A DNA stretch of 64,000 bases from Strigamia acuminata. Lineage: Eukaryota. The notes beneath the pieces are model-generated. The model was not told the origin of the DNA. It made no database searches and was given only the letters and a program-made list of their open reading frames with translations. Position numbers and translations under genes: made by a program. The number at the start of each line of letters is the position of its first letter. The stretch's first letter is position 1. The DNA lies in NCBI GenBank assembly GCA_949358305.1, contig OX442314.1, positions 31,372,001-31,436,000 of the forward strand. The letters run 5' to 3'. Below are positions 22,505-33,841 of the stretch, in pieces.

Positions 22505-25500
22505 TATTAATAATTCCGAAGGAATTTTACCACCAGACTTGGAACAAGCACTTTCCGAAACTTTGGATAATTTAACTATTCAAGATAAAGAAATTAAGCG
22601 TGCTCGTCCTAACCGGAAGACACGGAAAAGGAACTGGAATTATAAGTTTAAAATCGCGTCAAATACGCCCTTTTCGGCAGAGGAGACAGCAAACCCGTTC
22701 TTGAATTTTCACGACGACCTGTTTTCTCTAGATAAGGGGGACGAATCTTTAGCTAGATTGATACAAGATACATCCAACCTTAATATTCGTGATGAATCCA
22801 CCAGTTCTAGTGGAGGAGTATTCGAGAATTTACAATCAATGATTGATAATTTGAATCCCGACTCCAAATCCTCCAGATTTGCGAGATTAAAATCTTACAT
22901 TAACGAGAATCAGTTAAAACGAAAAGATGGCATCGAACGAATTAATAAATTGGGAAATCACATCGACGACCCCCGAATGAAAATTACAATAGGTGGACTC
23001 ACCTACAATGCTTTGATGGACTCAGGAGCCACACAGTGTTTTATTGGGTTGCAATTACTAAGTAAAACTTGTGCATCTCCCGATTTCATACAAGATTGTC
23101 CAAAACACATGAGAGTTTGTGCAGTTGGAGTTACTCATATTCCACTAGGACAAATTACTTTGTGTGTACAATGGGCAGATGGAGCAGAATTCACACCAAT
23201 AAATTTTATCATTTTGGATAATAATGTGTGTGGATTAATTATCGGACATAATTTTATGCGCCGAACCAAAATTAATTTAAATCCAGCACGAGCTGTATTT
23301 ACTTGCGACAGCAAGTCCGACTGGACTGCACCCTACGAAACTGACGAGTTAAATTGTAATTTAGCTCGAGTACAAGTGTTGACTGACAACGCAACAGCCA
23401 CACACACGCCAGATAATTGGGAAGAATTGCTGGTAAAGGATTGTGACTGTTCAGAGGAGGAAAAAAGTAAATTACGCGAAGTAATTGCTAGTGTTAAGAA
23501 CGTCTTTAGAGATAAAGTCGGATGTACTAACATAATAAAGCATAAGATCACCTTTAAAAAGGATGTAACGTGGAAAAAACAACCATTTCGAATGTATAAC
23601 CCTGCTAAAATAGCCATTATGACTAAATTAGTAGAAGAATTAGAAGCGGATAATTTGATCGAAAGAGCTACTGGACCTTACATAAGTCATCCAGTGATCG
23701 TAGCCAAACCAAATGGTACTTATCGTTTATGTATCGATTATCGGTGGTTGAATGCAATCACCGAAATTAACGCCATACAAATGCCAAGTATTGATTTGTT
23801 ACTCCACAATACAAATCAGGCAAAATATTTCACGTCTCTTGACCTTACCAAAGGTTATTATCAGGTCGAGATGGACGAGGAAGATAGACAGAAAACAGCC
23901 TTTTATACTCCGAAAGGCAATTACCAATTTGTCCGCATGCCTTTTGGTCTTTGCAATGCGCCGTGTACATTTCAGTTCTTAATGGAACGAGTGATGGGCG
24001 AAGCATTATACAAACACGCGTTAGTCTATTTGGACGACGTGATAATCTTCTCCACCACTTGGGAGAAACATCTTGAACATATCAAAGATGTGTTGGAAAG
24101 ACTAGATAAGGCCAACTTATCAGTAAATAAGGAAAAATCAAAATTTGGAAAAACTACACTCAAATTTTTGGGTCATTTGATAACTCCAACCGGATTAGCA
24201 CCTGACCCAGACAAGATAGTATCCGTTAGGAAATATCCAACTCCTAAGAATTCCAAGGATATTCAACGATTTCATGGCTTGTCAAATTTCTTCCGGAAAT
24301 TTATTCCCGAACATGCAAAAATTGCTAGGCCTCTAACTAGCATGATGCATGATAAAGCAGTGTTCGAATGGGGAGAAGAACAAGAGAAAGCTTTTGAAAC
24401 AATAAAAAATATTTTATGTGACGAAACACAGGTTTTGTTAATGCCAGATATGATGAAACCATTCGTAATCTTGACAGACGCATCGCATGATGGACTTGGT
24501 AGTGTGTTATGCCAAGATGTAGAATTCTTCGATGAAGGAAAGAGAGAAATGATCATGACTCCTAGACCCGTAGCTTATGCTAGTCGAGTCTTACGAGGGG
24601 CAGAAGTACGCTACTCAACACCCGAACTCGAGTGTTTAGCAGTAGTATGGGCAGTCGACAAATTCCGACCGTATATCGAATATACGACTTTTACTTTGGA
24701 ATCAGACGCCGAAGCATTAAAATGGCTGATGGGAACACCAGAACCATCGGGACGATTTGGTCGTTGGGCAATTAAACTTCAATGTGGCGCCTTTAAGATT
24801 AAATATCGACGAGGTACCCAGAACCAAGTTGCCGACGCCTTCTCGAGAGCGCCTTTGGAGATCGAAGACATTCCAGAGAATGATTATTGTGAGCCAATCG
24901 AGATTACTCAATTCTGGCCGGAATGGGACGGAAATCGAGAAATTATTCGAAGGAATAATAGAGAAGATTGCCAATTTCTCACGAATGTGCAGCTTCATTT
25001 CGATTATTCCAAATTATTATACAATACTTTGGAAAAGGGGGAGAAGATGGATGAAGCTACAGAAGAAACACTATTTAGTGCTTTAACTGAAGTTTTAAAG
25101 GAAGTTCCACCGACTCGAGAAGAAATTATAAAAGCTCAACTAGCCGACAAAGAGTGTAGAATAATAATCGATCATCTGAAACGAGATGAAATCGAACAAA
25201 GAAAGTTTAAAAAAACTAAAGAATGGATGAAAGCAGTCCAAGGTTACCAATTAGATTTTCAAGAAGAAAATGGTAATGAAATGCTGATTTATTTCAAACC
25301 AACGTTTGAAGAGGAATTGAATGACTCTGGAAACGGATTTAAAGCTGTCATTCCACCGTCATTAGTACGAAGAGTACTGTTTGCCTGTCACGGACATCCA
25401 TTAAGTGGACATGCAGGGATGAGTAAGACGCTCGAACGAGCAAAACTTATATATTACTGGCCGAAGATGAATAAAGATACTCGCAATTACGTCCGAAGTT

Positions 25501-26774
25501 GTATTCATTGCCAGCAATACAAGCCCTGTCAACATAAAAAGCATAGAGCGAGTTACACTCCTCATAACATGTCTTACCCGTGGGAAGTAATCTGCATTGA
25601 TTTAATGGGTCCCAAACCGACAGGAAGAAGCCAATACAGATTTGTATTAGTAATTATAGATCAATGTACTAAATGGGTAGAATTATTCCCTTTAAGTAAG
25701 GCATCTAGTGAATCTATTGTGAATAGGTTAGGAGAAGTGATTCATAGATGGGGATACCCAAAGAAAATTGTTAGTGATAACGGGAGCCAATTCATATCCA
25801 CGATTTATGAAGAGTTTTGTAAAAAACACAACATCAGAATGGCTCATGTGAGTCCATATCACGCTCAGGCCAATCCTACGGAAAGGGCCAATAGAGACAT
25901 CAAAATAATGCTGGCTCTTTATTCAGACATTCACTCCCATTGGCCGAGATTCTTAAACGAATTTGCATTTGCCTCGAGAACGGCTAAATCAGAAGCTACA
26001 GGCGCAACGCCATTCTTATTGAACACAGGAAGAAATGTACCTCTTCCCTTTGATCCTCGGATCATTCAACATGCAAATGCATTTGACAAGAATAACCCGG
26101 AAGAATACGTATATAATTTACTTGGAATTTTACGTCGAGCACATCAAGAGATGCATTTGCGTATTCAAGCAAATTATGAGAGACACGACAAGATTCACAG
26201 AAATAAATTTCACATTTGTGAATATACTGTCGGTGATTTGGTATGGAAAGCCACTCACATCCTTTCAAATAAAGAGAAAGGAATTACTAAAGGTTTCGCC
26301 GAGAAACGAGATGGACCGTGGGAAATTACGGAAGTTTTACCTGGAGGTGCTTATAAGTTGAGAAAATTAGTTGATGGATCAATAGAACCATCCATAAATA
26401 CTGATGATCTCTCACCTTATATCCCATCTTACCCGATTGAGACTTGGACACTCGACCAAAAGAGTGGAAGAGTAGAGAATCACCCAAACCCTGATTGGAT
26501 GAACGAAAGTTCAACCGTAAATAATTCAAGTGAATTAAATAATCAAGAATTAGGAAATAATTCTGCTAATATGGAATTAGATCCCGAAGAAGTTACAACA
26601 CCCGCTTCAAAAGAAAGCGACATCGTAGTTAATAATCCAAAACATGATTATAACCTTAGGAAAAGGAAAAGAAGTTGTGAACTTTCACAACTGCAACCTC
26701 GTACGAAGCGAATTTCTACGACAGATCAAGAATGCACAACAGATTTTATACATCTGATTCAAGATCGCCGCTAG
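22479..26774 (+). CDS. Gypsy pol (protease, RT, RNase H, integrase)
   Basis: LMDSGAT, RLCIDYR, YLDD, TDAS, HH-CC zinc domain, IDLMGP/SDNG/TERAN; uninterrupted. Confidence 0.96.
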   Translation, partial: LVAGVLEPPINNSEGILPPDLEQALSETLDNLTIQDKEIKRARPNRKTRKRNWNYKFKIASNTPFSAEETANPFLNFHDDLFSLDKGDESLARLIQDTSNLNIRDESTSSSGGVFENLQSMIDNLNPDSKSSRFARLKSYINENQLKRKDGIERINKLGNHIDDPRMKITIGGLTYNALMDSGATQCFIGLQLLSKTCASPDFIQDCPKHMRVCAVGVTHIPLGQITLCVQWADGAEFTPINFIILDNNVCGLIIGHNFMRRTKINLNPARAVFTCDSKSDWTAPYETDELNCNLARVQVLTDNATATHTPDNWEELLVKDCDCSEEEKSKLREVIASVKNVFRDKVGCTNIIKHKITFKKDVTWKKQPFRMYNPAKIAIMTKLVEELEADNLIERATGPYISHPVIVAKPNGTYRLCIDYRWLNAITEINAIQMPSIDLLLHNTNQAKYFTSLDLTKGYYQVEMDEEDRQKTAFYTPKGNYQFVRMPFGLCNAPCTFQFLMERVMGEALYKHALVYLDDVIIFSTTWEKHLEHIKDVLERLDKANLSVNKEKSKFGKTTLKFLGHLITPTGLAPDPDKIVSVRKYPTPKNSKDIQRFHGLSNFFRKFIPEHAKIARPLTSMMHDKAVFEWGEEQEKAFETIKNILCDETQVLLMPDMMKPFVILTDASHDGLGSVLCQDVEFFDEGKREMIMTPRPVAYASRVLRGAEVRYSTPELECLAVVWAVDKFRPYIEYTTFTLESDAEALKWLMGTPEPSGRFGRWAIKLQCGAFKIKYRRGTQNQVADAFSRAPLEIEDIPENDYCEPIEITQFWPEWDGNREIIRRNNREDCQFLTNVQLHFDYSKLLYNTLEKGEKMDEATEETLFSALTEVLKEVPPTREEIIKAQLADKECRIIIDHLKRDEIEQRKFKKTKEWMKAVQGYQLDFQEENGNEMLIYFKPTFEEELNDSGNGFKAVIPPSLVRRVLFACHGHPLSGHAGMSKTLERAKLIYYWPKMNKDTRNYVRSCIHCQQYKPCQHKKHRASYTPHNMSYPWEVICIDLMGPKPTGRSQYRFVLVIIDQCTKWVELFPLSKASSESIVNRLGEVIHRWGYPKKIVSDNGSQFISTIYEEFCKKHNIRMAHVSPYHAQANPTERANRDIKIMLALYSDIHSHWPRFLNEFAFASRTAKSEATGATPFLLNTGRNVPLPFDPRIIQHANAFDKNNPEEYVYNLLGILRRAHQEMHLRIQANYERHDKIHRNKFHICEYTVGDLVWKATHILSNKEKGITKGFAEKRDGPWEITEVLPGGAYKLRKLVDGSIEPSINTDDLSPYIPSYPIETWTLDQKSGRVENHPNPDWMNESSTVNNSSELNNQELGNNSANMELDPEEVTTPASKESDIVVNNPKHDYNLRKRKRSCELSQLQPRTKRISTTDQECTTDFIHLIQDRR

Positions 26775-27581
26775 TGATAGCGTATTTTTTTAAAATAAAA
26801 ATTTAAAAAAGATAAAAAATCGGGTCACTTTTTGACCCACAAATTAGTCATGGTTAAATCATAAACCTATAGGAGAATAGGGTGAAAATACCCCGGGTAG
26901 AGAGTAGAGGATTTGTTCTCTCACAAGCTTCACACACATGTGCGAGTCAACTTTGACACCTGCGTCGATAGAAAAGTTCGTCGCGATTTCTTTCAAGAAA
27001 ACCTCGAGATTCGTGGTAAGACTCATGTATTACCAGTAAAACTCGGAAATTATGTGTCAGGACTTAATGTTATAATCCTTTCATGATAGAAAAGGACGAG
27101 AGAAAACTTCGGTGATTAATTTCGTCTGAAAGAGACAAACACGTGACCTCGGCGTGAAGAAGAAAATTTCTCCTTCGAGAAAATTCGAAATATCATCACG
27201 ACAGTTCAACGTTTACTAGAGTGTTACGTGTAAGTAATGATAAATTTAATATATCAAGAGATATTCACGGCTATTTTATATATAAAATTAGGATTTCTAC
27301 GTTGGCGGAGAACACCTTCGCTAAAAACAACGAGTTTTGTCAATTAGAAAATCGGCACCACATCATTTTGAATACTTAAGTGGATTCCGGAGATTCCTAG
27401 TGTAAGTATTCTAAAGATAATTCTATCGAATATTACGAATAGTAAAAAAGCCGCACGTAAAATCCCGATATAAAAATATATCGAAACCATCGATAAAGTT
27501 GATAAATTTTCACGATAGATGGCGGTATAAATTTTGTTAAATAAATCGTATTGATAAGATTCTCTATATTATTTTCTCTAG

Positions 27582-29264
27582 AAAAAATGGGAAAAAAAGA
27601 TCGAAAAAAAGAGAAAATACGTGTTGGTCGAATCCTCTTCCTCCGATGAAGAAGTAACGGCACCTCCTTCGGCCGCTGCCGTATTCGTAGAAGGGTGTCC
27701 CAAAACACCCGTGATTATCAACGCCAGAGGCTGGGATATTTTGAGTTGGGCTCGCCAACATCCCGAATTGCTCCCCGCTGAGCTTGGTCCACCCGGAACC
27801 CCCACGTTACAGGAGGAACCGGCCAAAAAAGAATCAACGGCGAAGCCATTTGTTATTCCAAAGATAAAAGCGGATGATTTCGCCAGAAATAATCCGCCAA
27901 TTGCAAAAAACCAGCCAAGTACCAGTAAACCGCGAAAGGTGGAAATTGTGTACAACCGAGTCAAGTCGCCCGAACGAAGAAGGAAATCCCCACCAATGGA
28001 AGCTAAACGCCGCCGAAATTCGGAAGACGCTACACCTTCCTCTTGTACTGGCCAAGAGCGTCCAAAAAGAGAATACGTTAGATTTAACGATTCACCAGAC
28101 CGAGACCGGGAAAAAAGGTCGTATTCCTCCTACCGAAGGTCCGACCGACCTAGGAATAGGTCAAATACCAGCGCATGGTCAGATCGCCAAAAGTTGGCAA
28201 ATAAAGTTCGTCAGATCCAGAAAAGACGAGAACAGTGTAAACAAGATAAAGAGAACGGAAAACCACATGATGATATGGTACTCTCGAAGGACGAAGTGCC
28301 ATGTCCTTTTTGTTCCGCCGTCGGGTGGGTCTCGGGATCGGGAACCGGAGGCCACCTGGCGCAATGTTCCAATTGCGAGGGCACAAAGAAGCGGCCCAAA
28401 GGCCAACCTTGGCGCCCCAGCTTTCTGCCGTTTGTGGTCATGGGAATTCACCCTCCCCCGGCCAGGTTGTGGGCAACTTGCCCGGAGTGTAAAATTGTCC
28501 TCTCCAGTGACGGAAGATCGCCGTACATCAGCCCGGAGTTCTTGAACGCCATAACCACTCCACTAGGAAGGGAAATGCAAGATCTGAGAATTCCGCCAGA
28601 AGCTCTAGAGAGTTCCCGAAAACCACAGAGTACGACAGTCATCGATAAAGGATGTCAAACGGTATCCAAGGAGAACGAAAAAGAAGCCGAAAATGAACTT
28701 CTTGTGGAACCCTTTTTCCCTCCACCAGGAGCGAAAATAGCGCATCTATTCGAATACGAGGTGAGCTACTATTTTCCGACGCTTTTTAGAATTGCCGAGA
28801 AAATCACGGAACAAATGCGCTCAGACTCTACCGATCCCTCGAATATCAATTATGCTGTCCATGTGATGAAATTGATATTTAACGCCAATCGAGGCGAATC
28901 TTTTGCTGTGCTGGAGCACATATGGACACTGTTAATTGACAGAGTCAACACCGACGGAAAAGGATTAATAAACCCTTCATGGTTCTACGGACTCCCCTGC
29001 ATTGCGGAGATATACGACGCTTCGAAGAAGGCTATTGAAGAAAGTTATGAGTTAGTTGAGAAGACTCCAGAATATGAACCAAGGTCTCCGGAGTACGCGC
29101 CGAAATCTCCACCCGCAGAAGATATAGGTGAAGAACCCAATTTCGTCATCGACCGAAGACCAGCGGAATTTCTTCCCCTAGAAAAGTCCGAAGTCGGTGA
29201 GTCCAGTGAGACTCTTAAGAAGGAGAGTGAAGGATCGGAGTCTGATGAAGAAGAAGTCAAGTGA
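27582..29264 (+). CDS. Gypsy accessory ORF3 of unknown function, probably spliced
   Basis: About 560 open codons beginning right after a TTTTCTCTAG acceptor; CPFC...H..QCSNC and CPEC Cys pairs; SP/RS-rich and acidic segments; no hydrophobic TM seen. Confidence 0.7.
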   Translation, partial: KKWEKKIEKKRKYVLVESSSSDEEVTAPPSAAAVFVEGCPKTPVIINARGWDILSWARQHPELLPAELGPPGTPTLQEEPAKKESTAKPFVIPKIKADDFARNNPPIAKNQPSTSKPRKVEIVYNRVKSPERRRKSPPMEAKRRRNSEDATPSSCTGQERPKREYVRFNDSPDRDREKRSYSSYRRSDRPRNRSNTSAWSDRQKLANKVRQIQKRREQCKQDKENGKPHDDMVLSKDEVPCPFCSAVGWVSGSGTGGHLAQCSNCEGTKKRPKGQPWRPSFLPFVVMGIHPPPARLWATCPECKIVLSSDGRSPYISPEFLNAITTPLGREMQDLRIPPEALESSRKPQSTTVIDKGCQTVSKENEKEAENELLVEPFFPPPGAKIAHLFEYEVSYYFPTLFRIAEKITEQMRSDSTDPSNINYAVHVMKLIFNANRGESFAVLEHIWTLLIDRVNTDGKGLINPSWFYGLPCIAEIYDASKKAIEESYELVEKTPEYEPRSPEYAPKSPPAEDIGEEPNFVIDRRPAEFLPLEKSEVGESSETLKKESEGSESDEEEVK

Positions 29265-29775
29265 CTCGCGGAGTTAATTTTCGAATTTAATAGAATTTAA
29301 GGAAAAAATGTTAGAATTAACGAAAAACTCAAAAGTATTCTGTTTAGTATTTAATAAGCGGTTGTGATATGCAAAAGTCATGGTATTTTTTTAAAAAAAA
29401 AAGGAAAATCGAGAGATAATCCTATAAATCAAAAGAAATCTTTTAATAATTGTTAAGCTAAAAAGAAATAATTTACCAAAAAATTATGTTAAGATTCCCG
29501 TTATTTGAAATAATAATTGTGTGAAGAAATGAGGCTAAGTGTTGTAAAGTTCCAAGTTTGTTTTATTGTAACCAAATAATATTTTATTCTTGATAATTCA
29601 TTAAAAAAGAATTGTTGCGCACATCAGAAATATGAAATTTATTTTGAGTCACCCGCATACGCACTCAGCTGTTCGGGATGAAAAAAGTCCTGTTTTGAGA
29701 TATTAATAAAATCATTTCGCAAGAATAACATAAACTTATGAATAAAATTTATAAGTTGAGTAATTAAGGGGGATG

Positions 29776-31522
29776 TATGACGGTTTATAAGTGCTATTTA
29801 TTAATAACACGGCCGAATTTTAAGTGTTTTTGCGAAACCCGCATTTGTCAATGCTCCGAGTCGCCACTAGATGGCGCGATTATAATTCAGCGGTAAATTC
29901 GAATTGCGAGTTAAGAAAACTGGTAAATAAATATAAGAATATATTTATTTGTATGAAACGACACTTTATTAGGATTAATATAAATATATATTAATAATTA
30001 TTGTTCACACTAAGTGATGGGAATCTCTAGTTCAGCAGAAATGGAGATTTGATAATCCATCGATCAACCGATCGATGTGATTGGTGGATCCATTTCCGGT
30101 CCTGGGTATCCAGTTCCGGTTGTGGTGTGAATTAGCATATTGCTCCTCCGTATCCACTTCCGGCGATACGGGATTGGAGGGATTCGTGGAACCCATGTTC
30201 CAATTGGTTGATTGGATTAATCTCTAATCCAGTCAGGTTATATAAACCCAAACAACCGGCCATCCGGCGGCTCTGTTTGATTATTTCTGTTTGGTATTAT
30301 TACTTAAGAAATATGATTCGTTGTCCATTAAAAAACCTTTTGGTTCTTTGTTGATTTATTCACAAAGAACCGCGGCATGATTCTACCGAATCATGCAACC
30401 ACCGGCAATTGAAGCCGACGTATTGGATTGTTATGTTGCATACATGTTTCAAGTTACGGTCTCGCCGAGGAGAACCTGCCTTCTGTGCAATTCAGTATCC
30501 TCCGGGCAGGACTAAGTGGTCATTTTCGGTATGAACGCATCTCGTAACCGCAAGTAAGCACCGGAACTGTTGAGAGTTGGTTCCTTCACCTGTTGGTGCA
30601 AAAGCAGTCTGTTTCACAGTAACCACGAGTAGCACCAAGTGTTTGGCAAGCTGATTCTCATGGTATTTGGTGCCAAAGCAGTCGTTTTGTTATTAGTACC
30701 GCGAAGGGCTAAACTGCTGTGCGGAGCCGCGAGCTATCGACTCCTGTGTACGTGATACCGTCAATCGCTAGACGAACGACCGTGTTGCGGCGCAGGGGAC
30801 GCTTGATACCGTTCTGCATGGCAAGGCGTTTTCTATCGATGGCAATTGTGTGTTGCGACGGGAAGTCTAACATTTATCCTTTACGTTTATAACAGAACAA
30901 TATTAACTTGGCCACAAGTTAATTAATCAAAGTCAGGAAGACTTAAAAAAACAAGAATACATTGAACTCAATGTGACAAATAAGTTGACGACAACTTATC
31001 GATGAAATATCCAGTAGAAAAACTCACAACACTTATGAATTAAATATAATTCATAATTGGAATATTGATAAGTAAATGAATACATTTACTTACACCAATA
31101 TCCTCCCAAAGTTGTGGCGGTGCAGACAAAGTCAACCGCAATGCTCAGATCATTCGATTTATCGACGTGCGATAATATTACACAGCGAACCAAGGAACCA
31201 GCGAAGCCGTATCGGACTCCAGGACACAGCCATCCGGCTTAGATGACATCTATAATCAGGTCGAGCGATGGGGAAACCGCTCCCATCTCCCAGACCCGTA
31301 ATGATATTATTTTAGGGCCAGTTGGCCAATTCTTTGTATAGTTTAATAGCTGATTTAACTTGCCAAATGTCGGCATTAGTCCTATGTATAATTTAGCCTT
31401 GATATTATTGTTTACCAACAATAAACTGTCTTGTATTTATCTCGTATTGTATTCACTGTTTATTTATTGCGATCTCTTCCCGGTACCATTGTTAAATGGG
31501 AGTTGTGGTCGTCACCGTCACA
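29776..31522 (+). repeat. Gypsy 3' LTR
   Basis: Direct repeat of 17570-19316, preceded by the PPT. Confidence 0.95.
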
Positions 31523-31612
31523 ACTGTCCCCAAGCTGAGTGTCTTTGCTTTAAGGAGTGGTGTATTGAAACTCAAGACCATTCTTATCTCGACGATCTTG
31601 AAGCCCTCCTTC

Positions 31613-31939
31613 ATGGAACGGGAAATGAAAATGCGAACGGAGATGATGCGGCGAATCCGGGAACGGAAGAAAACCTTTCACAACTGGCCTGTTTCTAGAC
31701 ACATCGCCGACCCTTCCACCTTAGCCCGTGCTGGATTCAGATACTTGAGTGAAAATGATCATGTTGAATGCGTCTACTGTCTCGGTCGATTAAAAGAGTG
31801 GAAACGTGGTGACATACCTCTTTTGGAACATTATTCTTGGTACACCTATTGTCCATTAATGAGAATTACTTTTGAAAAAGGACTGAATGAAGAGTGCTTG
31901 ATTTATAATTCCATCTATGGGTTAGATACACCAGGTTGA
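31613..31939 (+). CDS. Single-BIR inhibitor-of-apoptosis-like protein (Polinton-borne)
   Basis: RKKTFHNWP...LARAGFRY...DHVECVYC...W...D.PLLEH......CP: complete BIR with CCHC zinc ligands. Confidence 0.9.
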   Translation: MEREMKMRTEMMRRIRERKKTFHNWPVSRHIADPSTLARAGFRYLSENDHVECVYCLGRLKEWKRGDIPLLEHYSWYTYCPLMRITFEKGLNEECLIYNSIYGLDTPG

Positions 31940-31968
31940 TAGAAACACCACATTTTGTAACAATTTCT

Positions 31969-32493
31969 TTATTTCTTTGTTTTACTTATTTGCACGATAC
32001 AATTTTTATCATACAATGTTGACATCTTAAAATTAAAAATATGTTTAACAAATTTTGTAACTTTTTTATCATTGTAATATGGATTTCTTGGATTAAATTG
32101 ATTTTTTATATAATCAAAGTCTTTTCCTTTACACCTATTATAAATAAAATAAACGCAATAATATCCACATGCGAGACTACACGGTGATTGATAGGTTTGA
32201 GTAATCCTGTTGGTTAGTTTACATCCGATATTTTGAATAAAAGCAGTAATTTCTTTTGCTGGTGGTTTACCAAACGAATCAAAATATTCAATCGCACCGG
32301 GTACTTTCTCATCTCGAAACAATGCTACCCAATGTTCGCCTGGTTTTGTATGGGGATGAGTATTTACAACAAACGCGCATGTTTTGTTTGTTTGTTGCGA
32401 TGAGGATAGCAAATCAATTGGATATACACCCTTAAAAATTTGCCTCGTCACTGAATTCTTAGATAAAATCTCCGTTATTTGGAGCGTGTTCAT
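31969..32493 (-). CDS. Polinton adenain-like cysteine protease
   Basis: VVNT....PGEHWVA, YFDSFG, YQ.....CGYYC. Confidence 0.92.
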   Translation of the reverse strand: MNTLQITEILSKNSVTRQIFKGVYPIDLLSSSQQTNKTCAFVVNTHPHTKPGEHWVALFRDEKVPGAIEYFDSFGKPPAKEITAFIQNIGCKLTNRITQTYQSPCSLACGYYCVYFIYNRCKGKDFDYIKNQFNPRNPYYNDKKVTKFVKHIFNFKMSTLYDKNCIVQISKTKK

Positions 32494-32501
32494 AGCTTGA
32501 G

Positions 32502-33839
32502 TTAAAATTCAGTAATGATATTCCTCGCTCTATCAATCTCCAGTATGGATTGATATTCCGCCAGTACTAATACGGTTATGGTTGCAGTTAAGGCTTTATT
32601 AAATCTCATTTCAATCCTAACATTTCCTTGTTTTACTAAATTCAAATGTGGTTGACCGGCGGATGCATCTTGCGTTAAATCAAATCCAAATAAAACATTT
32701 CCGCCTAAACAATAATCAGTATACGAAATGCCTAATCCTAAATCTTTATCTGCTCTATTCATAGTTTGGTATAAGGTAATAAATTCACGAGCTGCTTGTC
32801 CTTTTGCAAAATCTGGCTTATATGGACTCATTGGTACTCCTTTTCCATCCAAAAATACTTGAAGAAAATTTATTCCTTGGTTTTCAAAATTATACGGATT
32901 ACTGGCATATGATCCGCAGTAGGCAGTGTTTTTCACAAGACCAATAATCAATCGGGATGGATATTGACCGAGAAATGCATTATCAATCATAGCAGTTTGC
33001 GATCCTGTAGCAATTGTAAATGTCTTAACTTCTACCCTTCTAATGGGATATTTTGCATTACGTTGCTCTAATGCTTGATGATGAGCTAAGAGTACACTAG
33101 CGCTAGGAACTATCTTTTTTACAAATAAAGTTGCATCATTTATAACTGTTTTATAGGCCGCCCCTTCCTCTTTTGAAATTAAACTAAATGCATCATTTTG
33201 TCTAGTAAGTGTAATTCGCAAGTCAACATTATTTATGAGATAATGTGGTTGAGAAAAGATATCGCAGTGAAGTCTTCCAAACATCTGTAATTTTCCACAA
33301 TCACCATCCTGCATGAGTCGATGATATCGTTTATAAATTCCAAACTCCTCGTTAAAATCTGCTACTGTTGGATCTAAATCATCAAATGATCCTCCTGTAT
33401 CCTCATAATACATCTCCACTGTTTTATAACTCTTTTTGGCATCATTTGAAAAACTGAGAATTGTTTCGAGATAACTTCTATAACAATAATTTGAATCGGA
33501 AGCTGACACTAGCTTATCATTTAGTCTAACATCTATTTGACTGAACAATGAATGTAGGAATAAATTTGTAGGAGAAACCTTAGCTGTTTTTGTAATTACA
33601 GCCCCAGCACCATCGGTTACAGTTACATTTAGTAACAAGTATGTTTGACTCAAGTCAATGTACGTATCAGCAGTACCCTTGATTGAAAAATCTAATGGCT
33701 GTCCTGCAGTTACGGCTGTAATTGGATGGTATTCACTCCAATAATTATCTTCCACAGTTATTTGTGTGAGTGGTAATCCAAAAATGTCTAGTTCTGGAGT
33801 CGCGCCTTCGGCGGATGATTCATGGGGAAATTGCGGCAT
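32502..33839 (-). CDS. Polinton major capsid protein (double jelly-roll)
   Basis: ELDIFGLPLTQ, NLFLHSLFSQIDV, RYLETIL-like, G.LHCDIF.Q, NPYNF, FGFDLT; 445 aa. Confidence 0.9.
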   Translation of the reverse strand: MPQFPHESSAEGATPELDIFGLPLTQITVEDNYWSEYHPITAVTAGQPLDFSIKGTADTYIDLSQTYLLLNVTVTDGAGAVITKTAKVSPTNLFLHSLFSQIDVRLNDKLVSASDSNYCYRSYLETILSFSNDAKKSYKTVEMYYEDTGGSFDDLDPTVADFNEEFGIYKRYHRLMQDGDCGKLQMFGRLHCDIFSQPHYLINNVDLRITLTRQNDAFSLISKEEGAAYKTVINDATLFVKKIVPSASVLLAHHQALEQRNAKYPIRRVEVKTFTIATGSQTAMIDNAFLGQYPSRLIIGLVKNTAYCGSYASNPYNFENQGINFLQVFLDGKGVPMSPYKPDFAKGQAAREFITLYQTMNRADKDLGLGISYTDYCLGGNVLFGFDLTQDASAGQPHLNLVKQGNVRIEMRFNKALTATITVLVLAEYQSILEIDRARNIITEF

Positions 33840-33841
33840 GG

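Larger units (their letters stand above)
17570..31522 (+). mobile_element. Full-length Ty3/Gypsy LTR retrotransposon with three ORFs
   Basis: 1747-bp LTRs; 4-bp TSD ACTG at 17566-17569 and 31523-31526; PBS; PPT AAGGGGGA at 29766-29773; gag, pol and ORF3. Confidence 0.96.
17082..31698 (+). pseudogene. DEDD/RNase H-fold nuclease-like Polinton gene split by the Gypsy insertion (17082-17569 plus 31527-31698)
   Basis: IIDFEGF...FLLKELG, FKGGQIEK, CHLH; removing the Gypsy and one TSD restores the frame ...SKLMHC|PQAECLCFKEW...LACF*. Confidence 0.7.

Noticed and set aside
27582..29264. ORF3 as an envelope gene
   Set aside because: No signal peptide or transmembrane anchor seen
31496..31612. N-terminal extension of the BIR ORF
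   Set aside because: Its ATG lies in the LTR; the native start is probably 31613
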